Positions 29,900-44,120 of a stretch of DNA of 64,000 nt are shown here, piece by piece. The notes beneath the pieces are model-generated. The model saw only the letters and a list, made by a program, of their open reading frames with translations. It searched no databases and was not told the origin of the DNA. The stretch lies in the NCBI RefSeq assembly GCF_009914755.1, contig NC_060927.1. The stretch is one strand, 5' to 3'. The position numbers and the translations under genes were made by a program. Position 1 is the first letter of the stretch; every line of letters begins with the position of its first letter. The stretch is from the human T2T-CHM13v2.0 reference genome, Homo sapiens.

Positions 29900-30035
29900 G
29901 GCAGGGGCAGGGGTTTTGAGTTTGGCTCCTGACGGTAAGACCTGGGGCAAGTTACTTAGCCTTTTGGAACACGAGCTTCCTTCTGGATAAAATTGGGTAT
30001 GCTGGAACTCAAATTACGAGGTTGTGAGAATTAAA
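29900..30035 (+). mobile_element. MIR SINE fragment
   Basis: gacctggggcaagttacttagcctt...ggttgtgagaattaaa. Confidence 0.55.
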
Positions 30036-30633
30036 AGCCAGCAAGCAAATGAAGCTCCAGGATGAAAACTCAGGTCTGTCTGACTCTAATTCCATGACCT
30101 CAGTGATGTTGCAAACCATCGTGGCGATGATGGTGATTGGCTGTTATTCTCACTCATGAATCTACCTTGCTTAGAGAAGGATAAGAATCTGCTCTTCCTT
30201 CTCCCATTCCTGCATAGTCTGGTTTCTCTCCTTTAAGTTCATGTTTCATCTTTTAAGGTGCTGGCAGTTGTTTCCCTCTTTTATCCCAGGCACGACAGGG
30301 CAGTGGTGGGGTGGGGGGGTGGTGTCCCTGTGGCATAAGGATCATGTCCCTTGGACAGACTGCCCAGGAGTGGGACATTCCCAGGGCCTAGACCCTGATC
30401 TTCCCAGGGAAGCAGGGTGGATGGAGAAGAGTGCATAGGGTTTAGAGGGTAGAAATGGCTTTGGTATGACAGAAACAGAATGACGTCCTCTGCAGGTGGC
30501 CTCTGCAGCCAGGTTTGGTGGCCATAGAGCATTGTGGGTCTGTAAGGACATGAGCTTATAAGCCCTCTGGTCTTGGGCACAGGATCTGCTGCATCATGCT
30601 CAATAAGATCCCCACTGATGGTTTCCTTTAGGT

Positions 30634-30819
30634 CAGTGGTTTTAAAATGCAGTCCCTGGACAAGCAGCCTCCGTGTCACCTAGGAACTTACTAAAATTAA
30701 AAATTCTCAGCCCCAACCCGGAGCCACTGAATGAGAAGCTCTGGAGGTGGAGCCCAGTGATCAGAGTTTTAACAAGCCCTGCAAGTAACTCTGAAGGCTG
30801 TGAAAGTTTGGAAACATTG
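30634..30819. mobile_element. MER5A hAT-Charlie MITE
   Basis: CAGTGGTTTTAAAA...TTTGGAAACATTG, about 186 bp. Degenerate 8-bp TSD ctttaggt / ctttagag. Confidence 0.8.
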
Positions 30820-31049
30820 CTTTAGAGTTGGGTCATATTCCTCTGTCCTTTGCTTTATGACTTCTGAGGAGAAAGGCCATTGGGTGAATTCTCACAGACT
30901 GGAACCACAGGGCCTTCCCCTCCCCATCAATGTCCTGTGTGCCAGGCTAGAAAGCTGCAGGGAGGGGGGCTGTGAATATGTATGTGAGAGAGAGGAGGGG
31001 TGGGGTCTGATGTGAGTGTGAATGTACGAGCGCATCTGTGTTTATTTGA

Positions 31050-31416
<367 letters not shown>

Positions 31417-31823
31417 CATTTTCACTCTTGAGTGGTCAGAGCAGTGTGAAGACCTGCAAAGGACATCGTTAGCTGGGGCTGGGAGCAGTGACCAGGGAGA
31501 GAAGCGAATGGAAACCAGGAAGCACAACGTGGCTGGAGTGAGCTCAGCGGGGGCTGAAGGAGAAACTGAAACAGAAGGAAAGTGACTGATGGGCACCATT
31601 TGCCTGAATTCAGATAGAGGATCCAGAGGGTAGCCAGTGTAAATGGGTGATGGGCCCCAGCTCACCTAGGAGGAAATCAGACCAAGAGGAAAACTCTGAG
31701 GCTGCTGCTGCAGGGAGGAGCTCTTCAGGCCAATAGGGCAATAAGCATTCCACATGAGACAGGAATCTAGTGTTGTAAATTGGGGACTGCTTGCTTGTCT
31801 GCATGTCTACACAATGAGGGTGA

Positions 31824-32271
31824 TTTTTTTTTAATTTTATTATTATTATACTTTAAGTTTTAGGGTACATGTGCACAACGTGCAGGTTTGTTACATATAC
31901 ATGTGCCATGTTGGTCTGCTGCACCCATTAACTTGTCATTTAGCATTAGGTATATCTCCTAATGCTATCCCTCCCCCCTCCCCCCACCCCACAACAGTCC
32001 CCAGTGTGTGATATTCCCCTTCCTGTGTCCATGTGTTCTCACTGTTCAATTCCGACCTCTGAGTGAGGACATGCGGTGTTTGGTTTTTTGTCCTTGTGAT
32101 AGTTTGCTGAGAATGATGGTTTCCAGTTTCATCCATGTCCCTACAAAGGACATGAACTCATCATTTTTTACGGCTGCATAGTATTCCATGGTGTATATGT
32201 GCCACATTTTCTTAATCCAGTCTATCATTGATGGACATTTGGGTTGGTTCCAAGTCTTTGCTATTGTGAAT
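31824..32271 (-). mobile_element. 5'-truncated young L1PA (about L1PA3-5) 3' end
   Basis: ttatactttaagttttagggtacatgtgcacaacgtgcagg... ORF 32046..32228(-) MIDWIKKMWHIYTMEYYAAVKNDEFMSFVGTWMKLETIILSKLSQ matches the L1 ORF2p C-terminus. Confidence 0.95.
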
Positions 32272-33662
32272 TTTAAACAGTTTTCAAAAGTCGACCTTTT
32301 GACAAGTGTTTACTTGGGTTAATCTAGGGCTTGCAAAATGGTAAAAGAAGGCTGCTTTGCTCCAGCTGAGCTTTACCCATCGCTGACCAGGGCTTTAGTG
32401 TAAGTCACCCTGTGTGTTCTATTTGATAGGTAAAGAGACTGATATTACCCCGATATGTAATCCATGTTGCCCGTTAAAAAATACATTTGTGTTTTTGAAG
32501 GGGAGGTAGTCTGTGTTCTCCTTGAGGTGAACTTCAGACAAAGGTCAAAGATCAATAAGAGTCAGAGGGCAGGCCTAGATTTGGGTCCCCGCCCCATGCT
32601 GGCCCCCGCCCCATGCTGGTAGATGGTCTATACATCTGGATGCAAAAGAAAGGAGTGTGACTGCAAGCTGGAAGCTATCTATAACTGTCACTGCCACATC
32701 AGGAAGGGTCAGCGTTGCCTGTGTAAATGTGCTTTCACACTTCTGTAATCTACAATTTCTTTTCATAGTTGTTTGACCCAAGTGAGTATAACCTTTTTGA
32801 GGAATTGTATAGCTCTAAGTTTTAAGCTAAAAGCCAGGCACACAAGCTAACATGTTTGTTTCAGAATTTCACAAGAGCATTTGGAGTCACAGATTGTTGA
32901 CACTCTGAGCACTGCCACCCCAAATCCTCCCAATGTTAGCCTTCTCCCTCCAGTAACCCCGAGAGGCAGAGGCGGTCATGCCACTTTTATTGTTCTGAGC
33001 ATTTGTCATGACAGCTCGTGTCTTGTGCAGGGCAGCGTCACTCCATTGCCAACAGCAGTAACCCATCGCTGGGGGAGAGGCCTTCTGGACTTCAGATTAG
33101 GCACTCCTTCCTCACTCCTGGCCATTGGTCGGTCCTTAAGGACCAATGCTCAGCAGGCCAGTGATTTTAATGCTTAAGGACAATGTTCCCATCTTTTTAA
33201 AATTATCTCCTTGAGGCTAAACACTTGTTGCTTTAACTGTTCCCCAAATCTCCTGACCCATGCCCCTGCCCCTCTGCCATTTGTCCAGGCTCCTGGCTGG
33301 CCTTTTCTGAATCTCTCACATTTATCGATAAGGCTCTTAAAATATAGCAGCCAGAATGAGACTTGTGATCCTCACTCCAGAGCAAGGTTCAGTAGAAAAG
33401 TCATGGATTTTCCTTGTGATTGGGATATTGCAACCTTGTGTTCACTTTGGTTGCAGTCACTGAAACTGTGAGCTCCCACCACATGTGGCAGCCACTAAAC
33501 AGCCAGTGCTTTTGTTTGTCCCCTCAGGAAATGCTGTCTGTTTGGGTCTCCCCTATGTGCACTTATCAGTACGATTTCAGACATTTTACCTTGTGGATTT
33601 AGGCACAGTGCACTTTCACGTACAGATCATTTTAAATACTGATTTTTATCATCTTTCAAATA

Positions 33663-33974
33663 AGCAGTGTTAGTATAATTGCTAAGAGTGTGGGCTCTGG
33701 AGCCTGTGCCCAGGTTCAAGTCCTGCTCTACTACTGAACAGTGATGTGGGGCAAGTGACAAAGCTTTTCTGTCTTCATTTCCTATTCCATAAAATGGGGA
33801 TAATATTGGAATCTGCCTCACTGCACTGTTGTGGGAATTAAATGCAATATACTATTTAGGTTGGGCACAGTGGCTCACACCTGTAATCCCAGCACTTTGG
33901 GAGGCCAAGGCAGGCAAATCATGAGGTCAGGAGTTCGAGACCAGCCTGGCCAATATGGTGAAACCCTGTCTCTA

Positions 33975-34012
<38 letters not shown>

Positions 34013-34169
34013 AATTAGCCGGGCGTGGTGGCATGTTCCTGTAGTCCCAGCTACTCGGAGGCTGAGGCAGAAGAATTGCTTGAACCTGGGAGGCAGAGGT
34101 TGCAGTGAGCCAAGATCGTGTCACTGCACTCCAGCCTGGATGATAGAGCAAGACTCTGTCTCAGATAGA

Positions 34170-34212
<43 letters not shown>

Positions 34213-34270
34213 AACAATATTTGGCATACAGGAATAATTCAATAAAAGTAAGCTATTTGATTTTATTACT
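33663..34270 (+). mobile_element. MIR SINE split by an Alu
   Basis: taagagtgtgggctctggagcc...ataaaatggggataat...gttgtgggaattaaatg before the Alu; tggcatacag...tcaataaaagtaagctatt after it. Confidence 0.7.
33859..34214 (+). mobile_element. Alu (AluSg-like) with an A30 central linker and a (TAAA)n tail
   Basis: Full dimer. A-run at 33977-34006; TAAA array at about 34170-34213. Confidence 0.95.
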
Positions 34271-35049
34271 ATTATCAGAGTTGTCTACCCTACTTTGATG
34301 TAATTTTCAAAGCAGCTAAAATCCAAGCACAGGCACTATTATTTAGTTAACATTTCTTCCTTCAATATACAAGTATTTGTATACTTTTAGAAGTTACTCT
34401 TGTGGAAATCTAGGTTTACTCTATACTCTATACTCTTTTTCTTCACAGGCTAATAAATTTTTAGAGAAAGAAAGAATGTTGACTGGCCTGACTTACACAT
34501 AGAGAACACACACAAGTTCTTGTCGGTCCTTCCTTGAGGCTCACAAAGCACTGATTTACTTGTGAAGTTCCAGAAGGAGGGGATTAACGTGAAGTGCATC
34601 CATGTAATCTACTCCCTTCTCTATTTTAAAACTCAGAACAAAGCTGTCCTCTCCATGACTTTAGGGTCCCCTCTTGCCAGGAATGCTCCTTTGTGGTCTC
34701 AGGCAATTGTCTTGGTGTCAAATTTATAGGTTCTGGTCCAAGGCAGAACTGGCCTGGAATGGATGCCGGAACTTAATTGTTGCCACAGCTCAGCTTCTTC
34801 AATATTCTCTGCTCCAATTGTTCACCTCTAAGGCGAAGGCAGTCAGGAGTGAGTGGCTGTGCGTCCTCTGTCCTCTGCCAGCCTCTCACCTCCTCCCCCA
34901 GGCAGGAGGAGGCCTTGCTTTGCGCACCCTGAGCATTCTCAGCTATTCAGAGCTATTCTGGTACCAGAATCATGCCTGTTCACTGGACTGGAAGCTCTTT
35001 GACGTGCTGATTTGATTTTTTTTTTCTTTTAAATCTGCTTCATGACCTT

Positions 35050-35300
35050 ACAGAGCAGGTGTGTCCGATGCAGTCAAGTGGTAAGAGCCCTACTGTGGAA
35101 TCAGGTAAACCAGGGTTGACTCTCAGCTCCACTCCTTCCTCACAGTGTGGCCTTGGGTAGGTCGCCTAACTTATCTGAATCTCTATTTTTATGTCCCCCA
35201 GAATGAGGATATTGTTTATTATTGTGTCCATTGTGAATTGTATGTAAAATGCCTAACTCAGTGTTAGACACATGCACAGTGCTCAATAAATTGTTGTCTT
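35050..35300 (+). mobile_element. MIR SINE, near full length
   Basis: gtggtaagagccc...gtgtggccttgggtaggtcgcctaacttatctgaatctc...gtgctcaataaat. Confidence 0.7.
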
Positions 35301-35377
35301 TGTTTGGGTTTTTATGAATCATGTTTAAGAAGTGGGTTTTGAGTCTCTAAGATATGCAATTAAAAATAAGAAAACAT

Positions 35378-35681
35378 GGCCAGGCGCAGTGGCTCACGCC
35401 TGTAATCCCAGGACTTTGGGAGGCCGAGGCGGGTGGATCACGAGGTCAAGAGATTGAGACCATCCTGGCCAACATGGTGAAACCCCGTCTCTACTAAAAA
35501 TAGAAAAATTAGCCAGGCATGGTGGCACACACCTGTAGTCCCAGCTACTCAGGAGGCTGAGGCAGGATAATCGCTTGAACCCAGGAGGCAAAGGTTACAT
35601 TGAGCCGAGATCGTGCCACTGCACTCCAACCTGGGCAACAGAGCGAGACTCTGTCTCAAAACAAAAACAAAAACAAAAAAA
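35378..35681 (+). mobile_element. Alu (AluSc-like) with a (CAAAAA)n tail
   Basis: gatcacgaggtcaagagattgagaccatcctggccaacatgg; short TSD aaaacat. Confidence 0.95.
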
Positions 35682-37779
35682 CATTAAAAGTATAAGTGCA
35701 AAGGCTTTTAGATCAAATTCTCCTGGAGAGCCATCCTAGGTTAGCTAAATTCTGACCCCATCACTCCCCTGTCTCTACCCCATCACAATGTGATTACAAA
35801 TCTGTGTACAACCTGTGCTACCATCTTGGTCCCTAGCTTCTCACAGGTGGTCCCCAGATGGCCTTTTGGTCCCCTTTGTCTTCCCTCTTCCATCCATGAT
35901 AATGGCACCAGATCCTGATTTCATTTGGCCAGAGACCAAGCCCAAATTTCACAGTGGGATCTGAGCTGTGTCTCACTCCTAGACCTCTTGCCAGTGCCTC
36001 GTGGTGGTCACTTTTCAGAGTCACCACTGCCAGTCAGTCCTGGAACCTGTATTGATCCACTGGACCCTCTGTTGATGACCACTGACATTGTCCCAAAGCC
36101 AGGTTCAGAATCTACCCTGAATCCCATTGCACTGGTGGGCCCCTGTCTGTACACCCACCTTTCGTCAGTATGCTTCTCAAAGTCTGTCCCTACATCTGAG
36201 CTTGCAGCCTTCTACCCTCTCCAAGGACCAGTATATTTCCTGACATGTCTTGGAGACTACCTATACTCTCCTTCATTCTCCAAGTCTCCAGCTGCCATAT
36301 TGGAAATCTGGTACCAGCCAACCTTTCCCAAACCAGGACCATGACTTTCCAGATTCCCTGGTTTGGTAATACATGTGGATGTCGCATGGATGCTAAAGCC
36401 AGACCCACACACATCACTGATGGCTTCACTTGGGTGTGACAAAGACCAGGGATCCCAGTGTCTTTGACTCTGATCAGGTATTTAGAGGGAAGCCACTTTC
36501 CACTTGGCATAAAGGTAGATTCTGAGTGATATCCACAAAGAGCAGAGGCTGCCTGGCTAGGGATCTCTCCATAACTGGAAGTGTACAAAAAGGTTCTGGT
36601 GATGCCTGCCAAGAGGGTTTCTGAATAATGTATGAAGTTAGGTAAAGTGGACAGGAATGAGTCTTATAGTCAGTATGAGCAAGTCCATGCTTTCTGGATT
36701 ATGTGTGCCATAGTATGTGAAAGCCAGCATTTTGTAGTGATTTATTTTGAAACTGTGTGTTTGCTTTTTCTGAGAAGCTTTCCCCACAATTGGCTGGAAA
36801 ATTCCAAGTCTGAGCCAGACACCTGAGAACTGCTATGATATGGGATTGGCTGTGGGCTTAAAATCTGGACTTTCCAATGTATAAATAATCACTGATGATT
36901 TTGAAGACACAGAGCAGTCTGCAGTCTGAAGTCAACCTATAGAAGGCTTATGATTCCCTCTACCCTGTGCCAGAGACTACCTCCACCCCATTAAATAAAA
37001 AGTGTTCTGGCTCTGAAGCCACATCAAGAAGGGTGGCTTGTCTTCAAGAGGCTGAAGGATAGAGAACTAGAGGCTAGTTGAACACTAAGGTCAATCTGTC
37101 CCCCCTTCCCATTCTGGAGACTAGTAGGTTGTGGCAATGGTACTAATAGGAATGGTGTGCTGGCCCCTCCTTGGCTGTGTCTTAGACTTGCAGGAGATGC
37201 CCAAGGTGGCCTTTTAAGCAACTCCTCTGAGTCACCTCAGAGGTTTGCCTTTCCAGGCTTACCTTGGAAATGGCAATGAAGGGTGCTCAGTTGTGCAGGT
37301 TGGAGTGAACTTGCATGGCAGCTGTGTAGTGAGATGAAGCCAGGTGCAGGCTGTCTCTTCTGGGGCAGAGGTGCCCAGAAGGTGAGGGCTGGGGTGGGGT
37401 GGGGGGCAATGGTCAGTGGGAACCCATGGTCACTGCCATGCCCTGCCAGTACTCCATGAGCAATAATGGAAAGCCACTCAGTTCTCACAAAGAGATTGTC
37501 ATCTACTGGTCAGCAAAGGGGAACTGAGCACCAGGTAAGAATTGGCTCTCCCTGTAAGTGAAAGGCAGGCTTTGTGCCCACACCCGGGGACAGGGTCTGC
37601 ATGAGGCTCCATGAGGTCAGCCGTGCCCATACCCACACCCGTCTGCACAGGTCAGGTTGTGAAGCACCAAGTCTTCGGAGACAGAGACCATACACCATTA
37701 CCATGCTGTGTGCCATGGTGCTCCACTACTCAGTGATAGCTGATTGGAATAAGAACACATGTGCATACCTCTAACACTA

Positions 37780-38020
37780 ATAACTGGCATTTATTAAAGT
37801 GTTGCTACAGTTTAGGCCCTGTGCTAAGCCTCTGACATGGTTTTTCTCAGTTAACCTCAGAGATTATAAGACAGGTATTACAACTGGTTCCAATTTATAG
37901 ATGAAGGATTTGAGGCCCAGAAGGGCTAAATGACTTGCCCAAGTTTCCACCTTATTGAGCAGCAAAGCCCGTATTTCCTTCTACGCCTGACAAGGTTCAG
38001 GTCTCCAGCTCTTCACCCTC
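37780..38020 (-). mobile_element. MIR SINE
   Basis: caatttatagatgaaggatttgaggcccagaagggctaaatgacttgcccaag. Confidence 0.75.
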
Positions 38021-38269
38021 AGTGCTAGTCTACTTCCCTCGGGAAGGAGGAGGACTATTGCCTCTGATGTGACCTGGCACAAAATTAATGGTAGAATCCC
38101 AGCTAAGATGGGGAAGGATCACATTTTGTTGATTAGAACTAGTTATGTGCTCTCCATGCAAGGCGGCTGGGAAAGGTGTCTTCTGTGAGACTTGAGAAGA
38201 GAACAGAATTGCACAGGGAGGCCCTAGCAACCCCTACCGAGTATACAGTTCCCCATGGGTGAGTGTTTG

Positions 38270-39830
<1,561 letters not shown>

Positions 39831-42559
39831 GTTATGATTATTAACAGATGACAGTGTAGTGGTGGGAATAGTGAGCTTTCTTCTGCTGGGCATCTTGTGT
39901 TAGTGGACATCTAACAGAGGCTGGCCAACAGGGAGGGACTGTAGAGGGTGTTTGTCACCAGAGATACACTGACCACCAAGGTTTCATTGCATGCCGTGAA
40001 TTACTGTGTCTATGAAATGTCAAAATCAGGACTTTCTCTTGGGTGACCTATAACACCCTGGAAAGTATACTTACCTTTTTCAATTTCTTTTTTGTTCTCT
40101 TGACCTTGAATTGTTGTCTTAGGAACGAGGGCCTTTTCTGGATACCTGGAGAGAGGCAGCACATGTCTCTTTTACAGCTGCGTAAGCCAGTGCCTGGAAG
40201 TTATCCATGAATATTTAACCCACAGTCACTTCCCAGCTGTTATCTTGATGCCAGTCTGATCTGCGGTCTCTAGAAAAAGATGGAAAATTATGACAACTAG
40301 AAAAAATTGTGTCATCTAGGAAGGGGGCTCTTAATCATTTTTGATGGACTGTGGAGATGCAGGACTCCTCCCCGGGCATCCCCATCTCTCAGGAATGGTG
40401 GAGAGATAGGACTTCTGACCATACAGTAGCCCAGAGGTTCCATCCTATCTGCATGCAGCAGGGACTCCTCCAGTCTGGTCCAGGTGGTTGTCTTCTTGTA
40501 AAAGAAACACCTTAGAAGTCCCATACCCTTCCCTCATCAGTGCCTAGTATCCAAAAGTTCAGCAGAGTATGTGTTGTGTGGAACTAGCCAGGTTCTGCAC
40601 TCCTGAGAGTGGCTTGCGAGGAGCTGAGATCCTTTACCTGCAAGGCTTTCATCGTATGTGACCTCCATGCCTGATGGACTTTGGCCCAGTGGCTACCAAC
40701 CAGATCTCCAGATGCAAAGCAAATTCCTATCCAGATCTGAATCTCCACACTTGCATCTGCATGGAGAGAATTACTGAGCTCTGGGCTGTATCAGGATATG
40801 CTAAATCAAACGAGTAGTTTTGGGTGGTTCAGGGCCTGAGTGCATCAATTAGAAATAATGTCCAGAACAAGGAACTCTGTAGAAGTTCTGTCCTGTAAGA
40901 CCTATTCCTCTGTTGTGCCAAAGACTGAAGTGTGTGTCAATGTCTTTTCACTTCAAGAAGACTCTAACCGGCTTGCTTGGACTGTTGCCTCCAGTGACAG
41001 CAAATGCCTTGGAGCCTGTCCTGGCAGGATGTGGCCTGGTATGGTGATCTTTCAGCAGGAAGTGCTCTGGGGATTCTTCCTCTGAGACACTAGATCAGAG
41101 GTGCTGTGAGCAGGGCTTGGCACAAGGACCCTACCTAAAGGCCTGGGAGAACCTATACAGGAGGTCTGCTTGGGGTCTCAGGGGCCCTAGGCAAGGAGAT
41201 GTTTTTCCTGCTTCACAGGGCCTTCAGGTCAAGTGTTCTGCACAAAGTCTTTTTTTTTTTTTAATTGTACAGGTGTGCACTTGGTCCCTGTTTCCCTTCT
41301 AGAAAGTGAATAGATGGAAAGGGACTCCCAGATAACTATACCAGGCAGTCCCTTATGCATATGAAGTACACTAAGGATCACAGAATGCTTTAACCTATGT
41401 TATGCCATTTGATTCTCCCATAAAGAGGGCAGTGTTCCCTCCAAGTTCCCATAGCACAATGCCTGGCCATCTCCAGGCTCAGGGGGATAGATCTCCACTA
41501 GCTTTGTCAGTCAGTGGTTTGTGTGGCTGTTGTGCAGGTGCCTGTCTCCTTTGCAGACCTTCAGCTTCTCAGGGTAGACATCGGTGAACTTTTCATAAAC
41601 CCACATACACAGCACAGCACACAGGAGGGTCTCAATAAACACAGATGGATTGATCTGTCAAGGATCAATGAATGATTAGGCTGAGAGAAGATAAGTGACT
41701 GCTTAAGGTCACACTTTGGCAAGGCTAAGACTCAGCCCCAGTTTTTTCTTTGAGTCCAGTGCATCTTTCCTCACTGTAGAAAGCTTTTGATGCTGCATTT
41801 CAGGGGTATGAAAGGGGTCTTGAAAGCCATGTCTTTAAGATGACATGACCTATAGTTCTTGACTTGGAGCATTTCCAGGGGATTTTCAGGGGTGGCAGCA
41901 TATTGTACCTTTCCACTCTTTGGCCCCACCTTGAGCCACAGCTAGAAGATTCAACCTTCTATCCATCTCCCGCATGGATAGTAACCTGAGACTAGTCATA
42001 AATACCTCCCTACTGAGGTGCACTGCCTCCCAGGATCCAGGGGCCTCAGCCATTCTCTAAGGGCTTCTGCAGCCTCAAGGAAACCTAGACTCTCAGACTT
42101 GAGCTCAGGCTAGGTAGAGGGGCTGTCTCTTTTCCCAGAATGTATAATCTACTTCCTTTCTTCCAGACAATTGGCTCCATTGAAGCAGGAGAAACAATAA
42201 GTACTTTCTACAAACACTGGTTTTGGTAAAATGTGTAGCACTAGGCTCTTTGATGCTCCTGAAATCCCTCTCAGCAGGGTCCCTCCTTGTTTTGACTAAT
42301 CATTTCTTCTTATTACTAACTGTTATGATTAGGAGAATTGCCTGAGTACAGGCCCAGTGTTTCCAAGACCCTAATGAGCAACACGTGCAGACTCGCTTAG
42401 CATAGTCCTGGAATCATGGTTGTTCTGTTTCCTCAGGGAAGCTGCTGAGATGCCTCAGGGACAGGAGCTTTTTCCTGCCTCTGTGAAATCTTTCCCCAGC
42501 CCCCAGAAAATGCTTTGCATCACAGCTGTGTTGTACAGCATTAGGTGCCTCTACCCCAG

Positions 42560-42790
42560 GTGGAAGAGTTGTTAAGGATGAGATTTGGAACCTGCCAGCC
42601 CTGCACTCAAGTCTTGGTTCCACCAGTGCATGAGTTGGGCAAGTTTCTTTATACTCTGAGCTAGAGTTTTCTCATGATTAAACTGTAGACAATAGTTCCT
42701 ACTTCAAAGAGTGTTGGAAAGATAAGATTACATTAAGTAATCCACAAAATACCTAAGACAGTACTTTGCATACAGTATTTATCAATAAAA
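42560..42790 (+). mobile_element. MIR SINE
   Basis: ttgggcaagtttctttatactctgagctagagttttctcat...cacaaaatacctaagacag. Confidence 0.65.
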
Positions 42791-43079
42791 GAAAATTCAA
42801 ATTTCCATGTTGACCTCCACTGCTTTCAGATGCACCTAGTATCCAAAAGTTCAATTTCTCTTTCTTGGTTCCAAAGACAATTCAAGGGCAAGTAGAAATC
42901 TGCTCCAGGGAAAGGACCCAAAATTGGTCATTTGGGCAGTGATATGAACAAGTTTCATCAAGTCAGAGCCATGTCCACAGGAAGGCAATGGGACAGGGAG
43001 CCCTTTTGGTCACCTAGAAGGCAAGCACCATGCCCAGCACCAGTGCTGGGCATGCATACCCATGTAGCAAATATGCCTC

Positions 43080-43200
43080 CGCTAGTGACTGTGTGACCAC
43101 AGACAAGACATTCTGTCACTCTGGGCCTTTGTTTTCTTATTGTTAAGTTGGGGATAATAATGCCTCATAGAATTTTGAGAGAAAATAGTGACATAGTATC
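43080..43200 (+). mobile_element. MIR fragment
   Basis: ctgtgtgacc...ctctgggcctttgttttcttattgttaagttggggataataat. Confidence 0.55.
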
Positions 43201-43239
43201 TGTAAAAAGACTGTTCGTGCTGTTCAGAGATGTTACAAA

Positions 43240-43890
43240 GTATTCAGAATCTGCCTCTTCTCATCTCCTCTGCTGATGTCATTCTGGCCCAAGCCACCAT
43301 CACCTCTCCCCTAGATGACTGCTGTGTCCTCCTGATTGGTCTACCTTCTTCCACCTTTATCCTCTTCTAGCCTGTCCTCCACAAGGCAGCATAAGTCTAA
43401 GCATGCCATTTCTCTGCTCAGAGCCCTCCTTACAGTAACACCTCATTTACAGTAAAATTCCTGGCAGGCTGAAACCAGGACTTATGAGTCTGCCTCCCCC
43501 ACTACCTTTCTAATCTTTATTATGACCCCTCTACTTCTTGATTGTTATATGGCAACCATGCTGCTTCCTTGATCTTCCTCAAAGAAGGAACCAAGTACAT
43601 TCCCACCTCAGGGCCTTTGCACATGCCGGTCCTTTGGGCTGGGGAACACTCCCTCTAGATATTTGCATTGCTTCTGTCTCATCACACTCAGGTCTCTGTC
43701 CAGATGGCCTCTGCTCTGAGAGAGCTCCCCTCACCACACCAGCATGCTGTCTCCCCTCCTCCTTCTCTGTGTATCATCAGAGCCCTATGACTGCTGATAC
43801 TATTCATTTATCTACGTATTGAAATGTTTTCTGACTCCTTCGCTAGAGAATAAGCTCCATGAGGGCAGTGTCTGTGTCACTGTCTTCACA
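43240..43890 (+). mobile_element. L2 LINE 3' region
   Basis: ggcccaagccaccatcacctctc...cctcagggcctttgcacatgc...ctagagaataagctccatgagggcag. Confidence 0.8.
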
Positions 43891-43919
43891 TTCATCATTA
43901 CCATATAACAATGAGTTAA

Positions 43920-44120
43920 AAATTACAGCTGCCAATAGAGAAGCCATCCTAAGTGACTGGCACTGTTCTAAACCTTTACTTACACTGCTCAATTGGTAGT
44001 CCATTACAACACTCCTATGGGTTGCTGTGATCATCATGCAGATTTTACCAGTGAATATGCTGAGGCTTAGATAGGCTATGCCAAAATCCAGAATTCAACT
44101 CAGTTCTGTCTGTATCTGAA
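43920..44120 (-). mobile_element. MIR SINE
   Basis: ggcactgttctaaac...acaacactcctatg...attttaccagtgaatatgctgaggcttaga. Confidence 0.6.

Noticed and set aside
32046-32228. L1 ORF2-like peptide as an active LINE-1
   Set aside because: Only about 450 bp of 3' end; no promoter, ORF1 or reverse transcriptase.
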